From the NCBI GenBank assembly GCA_039090665.1, contig JAWCSL010000007.1:1-39675 (forward strand): a stretch of 39,675 bases of DNA, given 5' to 3'. This document shows positions 24,850 through 34,402 of this stretch, piece after piece. Below the pieces are notes generated by a model. The model was not told the origin of the DNA. It searched no databases and worked only from the letters and a program-made list of their open reading frames with translations. Each line of letters begins with the position of its first letter. Position 1 is the stretch's first letter. Origin of the DNA: Candidatus Aenigmatarchaeota archaeon. GTDB taxonomy: Archaea; Aenigmatarchaeota; Aenigmatarchaeia; CG10238-14; SCSR01. Made by a program: the position numbers and the translations under genes.

Positions 24850-25543
24850 ACTTAATATTCACAAACTTCTTCCCCCTTTCAATAATTTCTTTAATTTCAT
24901 TTTTCTCAAAAGGTGTGAAACTCTTTTGAGAAAGAGTTTCATTAAATTTCTTAAAATTTTGAAGATAGTAAACTTTTGCTCCTCTAATACTCTTACAAAT
25001 TTCAATAACATCTTCAATTGAATGAAATTCTTTCATTAAAGTTGTTCTAAATTCGTGGTCAATTGAAGAAGAAAGCAAAATTTCTATGGATTTTTTAATG
25101 TTTTCAAATGTTTCTTCATTCAAATTTCCTACAATCTCCTTGTATTTTTTAAACTCCAATCTTGTTTTTATGTCCATCGCAACATAATCCACAAGTTTGT
25201 TTTCAATTAAATTCAAAAGCATTTTTGGATTACTTCCATTCGTCTCTAAACCTACTAAAAAACCTATTGATTTAATTTTTTCAATTAAATTTGGTAGATC
25301 TTCATTTAAAGTCGGCTCACCACCTGTAAAAACAACAGCATCGATGAATTTTTTATTTTCCTCAAAATAAGATAAAATGTAGTTTTCTGAAAATCCTTTT
25401 ATTTCTTTGATTTTTTCTGGCAAAACTAGTTGTGGGACATAACAAAATTGACACCTGAAATTACAACCTGCTAAAAAAATTATAGAAGATATTTTTCCGG
25501 GATAATCAAGTAAGCTTGTTTTTTGAAACCCTGCTATTATCAT
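24839..25543 (-). CDS. nrdG: Anaerobic ribonucleotide reductase activating enzyme (radical SAM)
   Basis: SLLDYPGK, GCNFRCQFC, TGGEPT, ETNGS, VAMDIK, EFRTT; downstream of nrdD. Confidence 0.92.
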   Translation of the reverse strand: MIIAGFQKTSLLDYPGKISSIIFLAGCNFRCQFCYVPQLVLPEKIKEIKGFSENYILSYFEENKKFIDAVVFTGGEPTLNEDLPNLIEKIKSIGFLVGLETNGSNPKMLLNLIENKLVDYVAMDIKTRLEFKKYKEIVGNLNEETFENIKKSIEILLSSSIDHEFRTTLMKEFHSIEDVIEICKSIRGAKVYYLQNFKKFNETLSQKSFTPFEKNEIKEIIERGKKFVNIKFRG

Positions 25544-25546
25544 CTA

Positions 25547-27664
25547 TCATAAATTTTGAAAAACTTTATCAAAAGTTTTTCTCTGCCTGAATTCTTCCTG
25601 CTTTCCTTCATTCCATTGTTCAACTGGCCTCAAATAACCAACCACTCTTGAATAAACTTCCGTTCTTTTATTACATTTTGGACAAGTGGGAGCTTCTCTT
25701 GGAATGTAACCATGATCTTGACAAATACTGAAAGTTGGTGTTATGGTGAAATAAGGTAGCTTGAAATTGTTACAAATTTTCTTGACTAAAGCTATTAAAG
25801 ACTCTACAGGAATGTTTGCTTCTCCAAGCCAAATGTGAACTACTGTTCCACCTGTATACTTTACTTGTAAAGGATCTTGTAGCCTTAAATATTCCCAAAG
25901 ATCGTCTGTAAAGTAAACAGGTAAATGAGAAGAATTAGTATAATAAGGTTTGGCTCCTTTTTTAACTTCTTCTTCATTTGCAACTATTATATCTGGGTAC
26001 TTTTGTTTATCGATTTTTGCCAACCTGTAAGAAGTAGCTTCAGCTGGTGTTGCTTCCAAATTATAAATGTTTCCAGTTTCTTGTTGAAAATCTTCAAGTC
26101 TCTCTCTCATGTAATCCAGAACTTTTTCAGAAAACTCAAGACCAGCTTTATCTCCTATGGAACAACCTAAAAAGTTCAAACAAGCTTCATTCATTCCAAC
26201 TAAACCAATTGTATTGAAATGATTTTTCCAATATTCACCAAAACTTTGTTTTATTTTTCTCAAGTAAAATTTTGCATAAGGATAAAGTCCTCTTTCAGTC
26301 AGTTTTTCTAACCAAGTCCTCTTTATTTCTAAAATTCTTTTACATATTTCCATCATCTTATCCAATCTTTCGAAAAATTCTCTTTCTTCTTTTGACAAAT
26401 AGCCTATTCTTGGCATGTTAATCGTGACCACACCTATGCTACCAGTAAGTGGATTGGCTCCAAACAAGCCTCCACCTCTTTTCTTCAATTCCCTCTTATC
26501 GAGACGAAGATGACAGCACATTGAACGAACATCTTCTGGATTCATATCAGAATTGATGAAGTTTGCAAAATATGGTATGCCATACTTTGCGCTTGTCTCA
26601 AAAATTCCTAATATAGCTTCATTTTCCCATTCAAAATCTTTTGTTATGTTTATTGTTGGAATTGGAAAAGTGAAAACTCTGCCAACAGCATCCCCTTCAA
26701 GCATAACTTCTGCCAAAGCTTTATTGAAGATGTTCATCTCTTCTTGAAAATCACCATAAGTTACATCCAAGACATTGCCACCGATTATCACCGGCTCATT
26801 TTCCATAAATTTTGGGACTTTAAGGTCAAGAGTGATGTTAGAAAATGGTGTTTGGAAACCAACTCTGGTTGGAACATTCATGTTAAAAATAAATTCTTGT
26901 AAAGCTTGTTTAACCTGTTTGAAGTCAAGACCATCATATCTTATAAAAGGTGCTAGAAGAGTGTCGAAATTAGAAAGAGCTTGTGCACCTGCAGCTTCTC
27001 CTTGCAGTGTAAACATGAAGTTAACTATTTGACCTAAAGCTGACCTGAAATGCCTGGCTGGTTTTGAAGATATTTTTCCTCTAACTCCAGTAAAGCCAGA
27101 GAGCAATAAATCTTGTAAATCCCAACCAACACAATAGGGACCTAAAATTCCCAAATTATGGATATGTATATCACCATTTAGATGAGCTTCTCTGAGTTCA
27201 GGGGTTGTTTTGTTGTAAATTCTATGTAACCAATATTGAGAAATCACCTGAGAAGAAATATGAAAATTTAAGGCTTGGAGGGAAAAAGTTGTGTTTGCAT
27301 TTTCCCTAACAAGCCATGTTTTTTCATCAAGATAACTATCTACCAACTCTCTTATTTGATTGTGTAAGGCTCTGTAGAGAATGTAGGCTTTTGCTGTTTT
27401 GTAATGACCGTTTTCAACTAGAACTTTTTCTACTAAATCTTGGACTTGTTCTACAGTAGGAATTTCTCCAGGTTTAAGTTGTTTTTTAAGTAACTCCACA
27501 ACTTGAAAAGAAAGTTTTTCAGACAAGCTTCTGTCTTTACCACCAACGGCCTGAGCAGCTTTCCATATAGCTTCTGTTATTTTATTCTGGTCGAAATCAA
27601 CTATCCTACCATCTCTTTTTATGATTTTTGTAATCTTTACTTCATCGTGATTTTCTTCACTCAT
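25547..27664 (-). CDS. nrdD: Class III (anaerobic) ribonucleoside-triphosphate reductase with ATP cone
   Basis: IIKRDGRIVDFD cone, FTFPIPT, RSMCCHL, EATPAE, YTGGT, CQDHG..CPKC, YSRVVGYLRPV glycyl-radical motif. Confidence 0.97.
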   Translation of the reverse strand: MSEENHDEVKITKIIKRDGRIVDFDQNKITEAIWKAAQAVGGKDRSLSEKLSFQVVELLKKQLKPGEIPTVEQVQDLVEKVLVENGHYKTAKAYILYRALHNQIRELVDSYLDEKTWLVRENANTTFSLQALNFHISSQVISQYWLHRIYNKTTPELREAHLNGDIHIHNLGILGPYCVGWDLQDLLLSGFTGVRGKISSKPARHFRSALGQIVNFMFTLQGEAAGAQALSNFDTLLAPFIRYDGLDFKQVKQALQEFIFNMNVPTRVGFQTPFSNITLDLKVPKFMENEPVIIGGNVLDVTYGDFQEEMNIFNKALAEVMLEGDAVGRVFTFPIPTINITKDFEWENEAILGIFETSAKYGIPYFANFINSDMNPEDVRSMCCHLRLDKRELKKRGGGLFGANPLTGSIGVVTINMPRIGYLSKEEREFFERLDKMMEICKRILEIKRTWLEKLTERGLYPYAKFYLRKIKQSFGEYWKNHFNTIGLVGMNEACLNFLGCSIGDKAGLEFSEKVLDYMRERLEDFQQETGNIYNLEATPAEATSYRLAKIDKQKYPDIIVANEEEVKKGAKPYYTNSSHLPVYFTDDLWEYLRLQDPLQVKYTGGTVVHIWLGEANIPVESLIALVKKICNNFKLPYFTITPTFSICQDHGYIPREAPTCPKCNKRTEVYSRVVGYLRPVEQWNEGKQEEFRQRKTFDKVFQNL

Positions 27665-27774
27665 GCTATCGCCAAAAAAACTATATCTAAAATAAACCTT
27701 CTTTTAAATATTCATTTCTCTATTACATAATTTATATCTAAAAACACAATTCTTTTTTACATCAAGGTGAAAAT

Positions 27775-28911
27775 GTGGACCTGTATCTTGCATCAATCCT
27801 AATTTTTGCATTAATCTTAGCTATTTTAATTTATAGAGATAGAAAAAACATAGAATTTCATTACATCATTTTGATGAGAAGAACAAAAACAGGAATAAAA
27901 ATTCTAGACAAACTCGCCAGACCAAAGCTTTTTTGGAAAATATTAGGAAGTTTTGGAATTCTAATTGCATTTTTTTTAATGTTTGAAGGCTTAGTTTCTT
28001 TGATAAGATACGGGCAACTTTTAATAGAAGGTATTGTTAAGATGCCAGGATTGAGTTTTGTTTTTCCTTCAATTAAGCCTGAAATTGAAGCCGGACCAGG
28101 ATATTTGCTTCTACCTTTCTGGTTTTGGTTGATAATAATAATTTCAGTAATAGTTCCACACGAAGTGTTTCATGGAATAATGAGTAGGGCTGAAAAGATA
28201 AAAGTGAAAACTGCTGGTGTTTTGCTGTTTTTAATTTTGCCAGGAGCTTTTGTAGAGCCAGATGAAAAACAATTGAAAAAATCTAGTCTTTTGACTAAAC
28301 TTAGGGTTTTTGCATCTGGCAGTCTAGCAAATTTCCTTGTTTATCTAATTGTTTTTAACATAACATCACACATACTTTGGTCTTATTTTGTTCCGGGACC
28401 AATAATCATAAGAGAAGTGAATGAAACAGGACCTGCTGCACAAGCTGGTTTAAAACCAAATATGATAATTAGCGAAATAAACAAAAAACCAGTAAAATTA
28501 ACTTATAATGAATTTTTATTGGGCTCTAGATTTCTTCTTGAAGAAACCAAAAATTTGAAGCCTGGTGATGAAATAATTGTGTTAGCAAATGGAACAGAAT
28601 TTAAAATTAACTTGGCTTCTCATCCTGAAAATGAAACACTTCCTTACTTAGGAATAATTTACTCCCCAATTGTGAGGGAGGGATTCGTGCCAATTGGCTT
28701 TGTCTTTACATTATTGACATGGATTTGGATAATAAATTATGCTATTGCTATCTTCAATATAATGCCAATATATCCTTTAGATGGTGGGATGATGATTCAA
28801 GCTGTAGCAGAGAAAATAAACAAGAAACACTCCAAAAGAATAACACTTGCAATAACATTATTAACAGTTTTAATCTTGTCTTTCAACTTCATTGCTCCTT
28901 TTCTCTTGTAG
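27775..28911 (+). CDS. Site-2 protease (M50) with PDZ domain
   Basis: HEVFHG, GAFVEPD, GPAAQAGLKP, FNIMPIYPLDGG. Confidence 0.93.
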   Translation: MDLYLASILIFALILAILIYRDRKNIEFHYIILMRRTKTGIKILDKLARPKLFWKILGSFGILIAFFLMFEGLVSLIRYGQLLIEGIVKMPGLSFVFPSIKPEIEAGPGYLLLPFWFWLIIIISVIVPHEVFHGIMSRAEKIKVKTAGVLLFLILPGAFVEPDEKQLKKSSLLTKLRVFASGSLANFLVYLIVFNITSHILWSYFVPGPIIIREVNETGPAAQAGLKPNMIISEINKKPVKLTYNEFLLGSRFLLEETKNLKPGDEIIVLANGTEFKINLASHPENETLPYLGIIYSPIVREGFVPIGFVFTLLTWIWIINYAIAIFNIMPIYPLDGGMMIQAVAEKINKKHSKRITLAITLLTVLILSFNFIAPFLL

Positions 28912-29473
28912 AAAGTACTTCAACTTTCCTTATCTCAAAATTTTTGATTGGATAAATTTTTTTAGTTTCTTCTATAATCTTTGTTTTTATTTCATCGGAA
29001 ATCAAACCTCTAACAAAATCATCCAAATTTTTGGCTTCAACTTCTTGTTTTATTATTTCTTCTATCTTTTTTCTAATTGCTTTTTCAATACTGCCTTTTG
29101 CTTTTCTAGAAACAACGCATATACACTTCACTCTTAACTCTATCCCATCTTTTGTAAAAACATCTTGAATTGTGTCTATTCTTCTAACTCTTCTTACAAC
29201 CATTCTTGAAATGTAGTCTTGCAAACACTCAGCACCATGGAACTCTGTAAAAGCTTTGTTTCCTTCAACTTTGTTTATCTTGAACAAAATTTTCAAATAA
29301 TACTTGTTGACATTTTCTGTGAGTTCTAAAGCACTCAAAATAATTTCTCTACCTATCAAAAGTTTTGGATCACTTGCCATAGTTAAGCCTATTTCTTTCT
29401 CACCAAAAACTTTTGGTGAAATTATCACATAATCTTCTTTTGTTTTAGCTTTTTTCTTCACCAAACATTTCAC
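28889..29473 (-). CDS. rps3ae: 30S ribosomal protein S3Ae (eS1)
   Basis: IISPKVFG, LIGR, DYISRMVVRR, KKIYPIKNFEIRKVEVL; conserved position after DHH gene; exact start uncertain. Confidence 0.92.
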   Translation of the reverse strand: MKCLVKKKAKTKEDYVIISPKVFGEKEIGLTMASDPKLLIGREIILSALELTENVNKYYLKILFKINKVEGNKAFTEFHGAECLQDYISRMVVRRVRRIDTIQDVFTKDGIELRVKCICVVSRKAKGSIEKAIRKKIEEIIKQEVEAKNLDDFVRGLISDEIKTKIIEETKKIYPIKNFEIRKVEVLSTREKEQ

Positions 29474-30821
29474 CCAATTTTTTATCTACAATATTAACAA
29501 AATCGTTTTGTAAGTTTTTATCTATTAAGGCTCCAGCAGCGTGTGTATGACCACCTGCTTCTCCTTTTAATAACTTTGTAGCATAATATAAAACCTCTCT
29601 TAAATTTATATTTTTGATATCTTTAGGTAATCTAGCAGAAATTTTTAAACAATTATCTTCACTTTCGGCTATTCCAAAAATCGGTTTTTTGGAATCAAAT
29701 ATGTTTGAATTCAATGCTATTGAAGTTATGGTTCCTATTAGAGTATCTTTAATCTTGTTTCCTGCTAGAATAAAGTTTGCATTTGGTGTTGAAAAGACAA
29801 TATTACCTTCCTTCAAAAGTTTTATGCCTTCACTTATTTGTTTCCTATATTCTTCCAATATTTCCCATATCTCTTCTATATTTGAGCTACCTAAACAAAT
29901 TTTTATACCTATATCTGCATTTCCAGTTCTTCCACAAGCATTCAATATTGTTGCGAATTCCCTTGCATCTTGTAGTTCTTCTTCTCTATCAAGAATTGTG
30001 TATATTTCACCAAAAATGTCTACAGCATTTGGTTGAGAAAATTTCAACCTTTCTAAGATTATAGCTGAGGCTAGCTTTTGTTGTTCTTCTATAGTTAGAT
30101 CTTTCAATTTTTTCCACTCACCATTCTCCTTTACAGAGATGCCTAATTCAGAGAGAAATTGAACAGCATTAGATTCTGACCCTGTTATTCCTGGGATGAA
30201 AGGATCAAAGCTTTGCTCAAGAGATTTATGGATTGGTTTCGTGTTTCTACCATAAAGTCTTATTCCCTTACTGACCGCGATTTTGCCAACAGCTTCAGCT
30301 TCTTCTAAAATTTTTCTTGCTAAACCTCTTAACTTCCAACCCTCATCTTGCTCATCACCAACCGCACCAACTATTGCTAAATCTATCAAATCTGTGTTTT
30401 GAATTGAAACATTTTTTGCAAAAAGATAACAAATCATGGAAGATGAAATTTCTTCTTCATCAAATAAAAGTGGGTTAAGATGAAAGAGATTGTCATCTTT
30501 TAACATTTCTGGTTCATGATGATCTAAAATAAAAACTTCTGTTTTTTCTAAAAATTGTTTCAAGAAATTGAGTTGCCCACTTCCCAAATCTGAAAAAATG
30601 AAAAAATCTTTATCCGTGAATTTTATTTTTTTCACCACATTTTCTGTTAGTTGTTTCACAATTTTCAATTCAAAATTTTGTCCAAGCCTCAATAACATTT
30701 TTGAAAGTATAGCAGCACTTGTTAAACCATCCGCATCTATATGAGAAATTATCTTTGCTTTTTTTTCATTGATTATCGACTTGAAAATTTTTGACACTCT
30801 TTCTATTTCTTCCAGGAACAA
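29445..30821 (-). CDS. RecJ-like DHH-family phosphoesterase
   Basis: SHIDADG, SDLGSG, ILDHH, GAVGD, LNACGR, GGH; between rps15 and rps3ae. Confidence 0.92.
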   Translation of the reverse strand: MFLEEIERVSKIFKSIINEKKAKIISHIDADGLTSAAILSKMLLRLGQNFELKIVKQLTENVVKKIKFTDKDFFIFSDLGSGQLNFLKQFLEKTEVFILDHHEPEMLKDDNLFHLNPLLFDEEEISSSMICYLFAKNVSIQNTDLIDLAIVGAVGDEQDEGWKLRGLARKILEEAEAVGKIAVSKGIRLYGRNTKPIHKSLEQSFDPFIPGITGSESNAVQFLSELGISVKENGEWKKLKDLTIEEQQKLASAIILERLKFSQPNAVDIFGEIYTILDREEELQDAREFATILNACGRTGNADIGIKICLGSSNIEEIWEILEEYRKQISEGIKLLKEGNIVFSTPNANFILAGNKIKDTLIGTITSIALNSNIFDSKKPIFGIAESEDNCLKISARLPKDIKNINLREVLYYATKLLKGEAGGHTHAAGALIDKNLQNDFVNIVDKKLGEMFGEEKS

Positions 30822-30825
30822 GCTA

Positions 30826-31293
30826 TCACTTTTGTACTATGAGTTTTGCTTTCTCAGGAGAGTATTCCCAGTCTGGAGGAAGAATTCCTTTTCTAGAATA
30901 ATATTTCCCAAGTCTTTTTATCTTAGACTCTAAATTCTCCAATCCTCTCAAAGAATGTTTATCTGCTTTGTTTTTTTCTAAATGTGCCCTAAGGTTTACT
31001 GCTTTTCTCAATAAATTCATTAAATCTTCTGGAATTTCGGGATAAACTTTTCTCTCTTTCATTATCTGAGTTATACTCTTACCAGTTATCGTCTTAACAT
31101 CAGGAATTCCATATTGGTCTCTCAAAATTGTGCCTATTTGAGCTGATGTCAACCTTTGTCTAGCTAGCTTTTCTATTAAATCTTCTATCTCTTCCTTTTT
31201 CATTTTTACCCATCTTGGTACAATCTTCACAGGAGGCTTATGACTCCCAGCTTTTCCTTTTTTTCTAGAGTACATCCTTGCCATGTTTACCAC
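30826..31293 (-). CDS. rps15: 30S ribosomal protein S15 (uS15)
   Basis: MARMYSRKKGKAGS, IGTILRDQYGIPDVK, IPEDL, ESKIKRLGKYY. Confidence 0.97.
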   Translation of the reverse strand: MVNMARMYSRKKGKAGSHKPPVKIVPRWVKMKKEEIEDLIEKLARQRLTSAQIGTILRDQYGIPDVKTITGKSITQIMKERKVYPEIPEDLMNLLRKAVNLRAHLEKNKADKHSLRGLENLESKIKRLGKYYSRKGILPPDWEYSPEKAKLIVQK

Positions 31294-31335
31294 TTAATTA
31301 TTCTTTAAGATTTGAACATTAATATTTAAAAATTC

Positions 31336-31581
31336 CTATTCAACCAAGATTTCTTTCACAAACCAAACTAAAACAAGTGCTACTGTTGAAACAAAACTTA
31401 AAAAGCTACCAAGCATGAGTAAAATTGCGGCTAAATTTTTTGGGTTAAAAATTGTCAAAAGAAAGCCAAAAGACAATACAATAACTCCAACTACTATTCC
31501 CAAAATTGAACAGTTTTCAGCAGTTTCAAATTTATCCTTACCTTTTAGCTTTTCTTTCAACATATCTAGCCCTAGCTTCAA
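31336..31581 (-). CDS. Small two-TM membrane protein
   Basis: 81-aa ORF with two hydrophobic helices in the operon; start uncertain. Confidence 0.65.
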   Translation of the reverse strand: MKLGLDMLKEKLKGKDKFETAENCSILGIVVGVIVLSFGFLLTIFNPKNLAAILLMLGSFLSFVSTVALVLVWFVKEILVE

Positions 31582-32173
31582 TTTCTTCCACCCTTTTCAA
31601 AACTTGTTCAGCATACTTATATTCTTGTTTATATCCTTTAACTATATTTTCCCAACATAAGCTTAAAATTTTAAAGTGAGTTGATTTGAGAGCTTCAAAC
31701 AAAAGGTTTAAATCCATTCCTTGATCTTCTATTCTTCTTGAAAAGAAACCGAGTCCAAAATCGATGAAATAAATTTGATCGTCTTTTAGAATTATATTTG
31801 ATGTTGTCAAGTCTCCATGAATGATACCTGCTGAATGAAGTTTGCCTATAAGTTTTCCTAACTCAAAACAAATTTTTTCAATTTCTTCTTTACTCGCAAC
31901 AGAAAAAAATTCTTTCAATCTTTTCCCTTCAATAAACTCCATGATTATCTTGAATCTTTCATAATCTACTTCAAAAATCTTTGGAGTTAACACACCAATT
32001 TTTCTAGCTTCTGTTAAAAGCTTCACTTCTTTCTTTGTTCTTTCCTTCCTTAGCTTAATATCTATCTCTTCTATCCTATAACTTTTCTTTATTCTTTCTT
32101 TTATCAATACTTTTTTGCCTTCAATTTCATCCAAATAAAGAATAGCTTCTGCGCCTTGTTTTAAAACTTTCAT
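31538..32173 (-). CDS. bud32: KEOPS-associated kinase Bud32
   Basis: QGAEA, KERIKKSYR, IIHGDLTTSN, IDFGLG; standalone, not fused to Kae1. Confidence 0.93.
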   Translation of the reverse strand: MKVLKQGAEAILYLDEIEGKKVLIKERIKKSYRIEEIDIKLRKERTKKEVKLLTEARKIGVLTPKIFEVDYERFKIIMEFIEGKRLKEFFSVASKEEIEKICFELGKLIGKLHSAGIIHGDLTTSNIILKDDQIYFIDFGLGFFSRRIEDQGMDLNLLFEALKSTHFKILSLCWENIVKGYKQEYKYAEQVLKRVEEIEARARYVERKAKR

Positions 32174-32180
32174 AATTAAT

Positions 32181-33131
32181 TTAAGGATCTTTAATTCCTT
32201 CTTCAGTTATCTTGAATACAGCCTCGCCTTCTGGCAAGCCTGGTGAATCGACCAATCTTGCTATTCTCATTCCTTCTTTTCCTCTTCTCAAATATAGCCT
32301 ATAAGTTGCCATGTGAGCAAGAATTGCTCCACCAGAAGCTTTTACAGGATCACCAAACATTACAGAAGGATCCATCAAAACTTGGTTTGTTATGTAAACC
32401 GCAAGATTGTAAGCATCTGCCAGCCTTTGAAGCATGTGCAAGTGTTTATTCAATTTTTGTTGCCTTGGTGCAAGTTCTCCTCTTCCTATAAAATCTGCTC
32501 TAAAGTGTGAAGTCAAGCTATCTATTACTATGAGTTTGATGTTTTTCTCTTCAATTATCTCGTTTGCCTTTTCTACAAGAAACATTTGATGCTCTGAATT
32601 GAAAGCTCTGGCAACATGAATATTGGACAAAATTTTTTTAGGATCAAGATCTAAGGCTTTCGCCATTTGAGCTATTCTTTCAGGTCTAAATGTGTTTTCT
32701 GTATCAATGTAAAGAACATTTCCACCTAAACCACCTTTTTCAGGAGGTAATTGAACATTAACAGCAAGTTGAAAAGCTAGTTGTGTCTTACCACTTCCAA
32801 ACTGTCCATAAGATTCTGTTATTGCTTGGGTCTCAACTCCACCACCAAGCAAATTGTCCAGATTTTTTGATCCTGTTGTTATCCTGGCAACTTTCAATCT
32901 TCTCTCTAAAATTTTATCCCCTGTTTCGTATCCAATTTCAAGCATTTCCCTTACAGCGTTTATTATCTTGGCTGCTTGACCTTCCCCAATCTCAGCAATT
33001 GCTGCTAACTCCCCAGGAGAAGCTACTGCTATAGCCATAGGATCTGTATATCCCACTTCCCTCAATTTCTCAGCAATTTTTTCTCCAACACCAGGAATAT
33101 CTTCAAGTGAGATTTCTCTTTTCTTATTCAT
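32181..33131 (-). CDS. radA: DNA repair and recombination protein RadA
   Basis: Hh[41 protein letters not shown]. Confidence 0.97.
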   Translation of the reverse strand: MNKKREISLEDIPGVGEKIAEKLREVGYTDPMAIAVASPGELAAIAEIGEGQAAKIINAVREMLEIGYETGDKILERRLKVARITTGSKNLDNLLGGGVETQAITESYGQFGSGKTQLAFQLAVNVQLPPEKGGLGGNVLYIDTENTFRPERIAQMAKALDLDPKKILSNIHVARAFNSEHQMFLVEKANEIIEEKNIKLIVIDSLTSHFRADFIGRGELAPRQQKLNKHLHMLQRLADAYNLAVYITNQVLMDPSVMFGDPVKASGGAILAHMATYRLYLRRGKEGMRIARLVDSPGLPEGEAVFKITEEGIKDP

Positions 33132-34131
33132 TTTCTAACTCCTCAACTAATCTTTTACTCTCTTCCAACACATTTAAATCTTTTGCATCCGATACTATAA
33201 ATTCTAGCCTATCAAAAACTATATTCTTTTTCACTCTCCCTATGAGTTGTAATTCTCTTCCTAAAAGTTTTTGTTTCACCATCTCATATCTCTCTCTTTC
33301 TTCCATTTCTTCCAAGTCTTTTGCTGAAAGCTGTAAAATCTTCTCAGCTTGCTCTCTAAAGAAAACTGCTCTTATGTTTGCCGTGCCATCATCAATTATT
33401 GTTGTTAGTATCAAAGCTTTAGATGGAATAACTTCACCGTGTTGTGGGCAAATATTTTTTTGCTCTTTTTTTATCAATGTATTCGAACATTCTGGACAAA
33501 TTTCAAATAAAAATTTACCTCTAAAAATATGAACTACAGTTGCAACAACTTCTGCCCTTCCTGTAGTAAGATTTTTTATTTTAGTTCTTTCAGCTTGTGG
33601 TGAAAGATATTTCTTCTTCAAATAATCTAAGTTTGGTATGGCTTCACATTCAATTTTATTTATGAAACCGTATTTCCCTACAGAAACTTCAATTCCATAC
33701 ATTCCTTCTTTTGCTATACCATTTGTAATTTGAACGGCATCTCCTTGCTTAAGTTCGCCTTTTTCTACCATTTCTGCTTGATCATTCCAAAGAGGAACTC
33801 TCACAAAACCAGTATCATCACCAACAAAAATATTCACAACTTTGCCTAAAGAACCATCTTGACGTTCAAAATTTATTATTGGCGTGATGTTGAAAATTCT
33901 GCCAATGAAATTTACATTCTTCATCCCAGGAACAATATTTTTGATTTCTAGTTGGCGCCTTCTCTTTTCAAGTAAATCTAACCCAAACTCATTGGCAATG
34001 AGGTAAGCTGCACCTTCTTCTGTCAGTAGATCTGAAAATTCTTTCCTTTTTTCCTCTATTTTTTTCATCAATTCCTCTCTAGATAAACCAGAAGCCTTCT
34101 CTATTTCTGCCAAAACTTCTTCCAGACTCAT
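33124..34131 (-). CDS. rpa: Replication protein A (OB folds plus Zn finger)
   Basis: N-terminal [13 protein letters not shown] fold [17 protein letters not shown]...[14 protein letters not shown]. Confidence 0.88.
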   Translation of the reverse strand: MSLEEVLAEIEKASGLSREELMKKIEEKRKEFSDLLTEEGAAYLIANEFGLDLLEKRRRQLEIKNIVPGMKNVNFIGRIFNITPIINFERQDGSLGKVVNIFVGDDTGFVRVPLWNDQAEMVEKGELKQGDAVQITNGIAKEGMYGIEVSVGKYGFINKIECEAIPNLDYLKKKYLSPQAERTKIKNLTTGRAEVVATVVHIFRGKFLFEICPECSNTLIKKEQKNICPQHGEVIPSKALILTTIIDDGTANIRAVFFREQAEKILQLSAKDLEEMEERERYEMVKQKLLGRELQLIGRVKKNIVFDRLEFIVSDAKDLNVLEESKRLVEELENE

Positions 34132-34164
34132 AAAAACCTAATAATAATAAGGAAGTATAAAAGC

Positions 34165-34371
34165 CTAAATCTTTCTTCTTGCTAGTCTTACATCTTCATC
34201 TAAAATTGTTTTTCGACCAGCATGTTTTGCAAGCAAAGCTGCTTCTTTTGCTATTTTGAAGAGTTCTTCTTCCATGATTTTTGCCATTTCATCTAGAGCT
34301 GATTGAGAAACTCTTTTTGCACCAACTTTCTTGAAAATTCTCTCGAATGGTTGTTTTGGCAAAATGGACAT
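34165..34371 (-). CDS. Archaeal histone (HMf type)
   Basis: LPKQPFERI, GAKRVS, AKHAGRKTI, DVRLA. Confidence 0.95.
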   Translation of the reverse strand: MSILPKQPFERIFKKVGAKRVSQSALDEMAKIMEEELFKIAKEAALLAKHAGRKTILDEDVRLARRKI

Positions 34372-34402
34372 GATTAGATTTTATTGCTTTGAATATAAAA
34401 AT

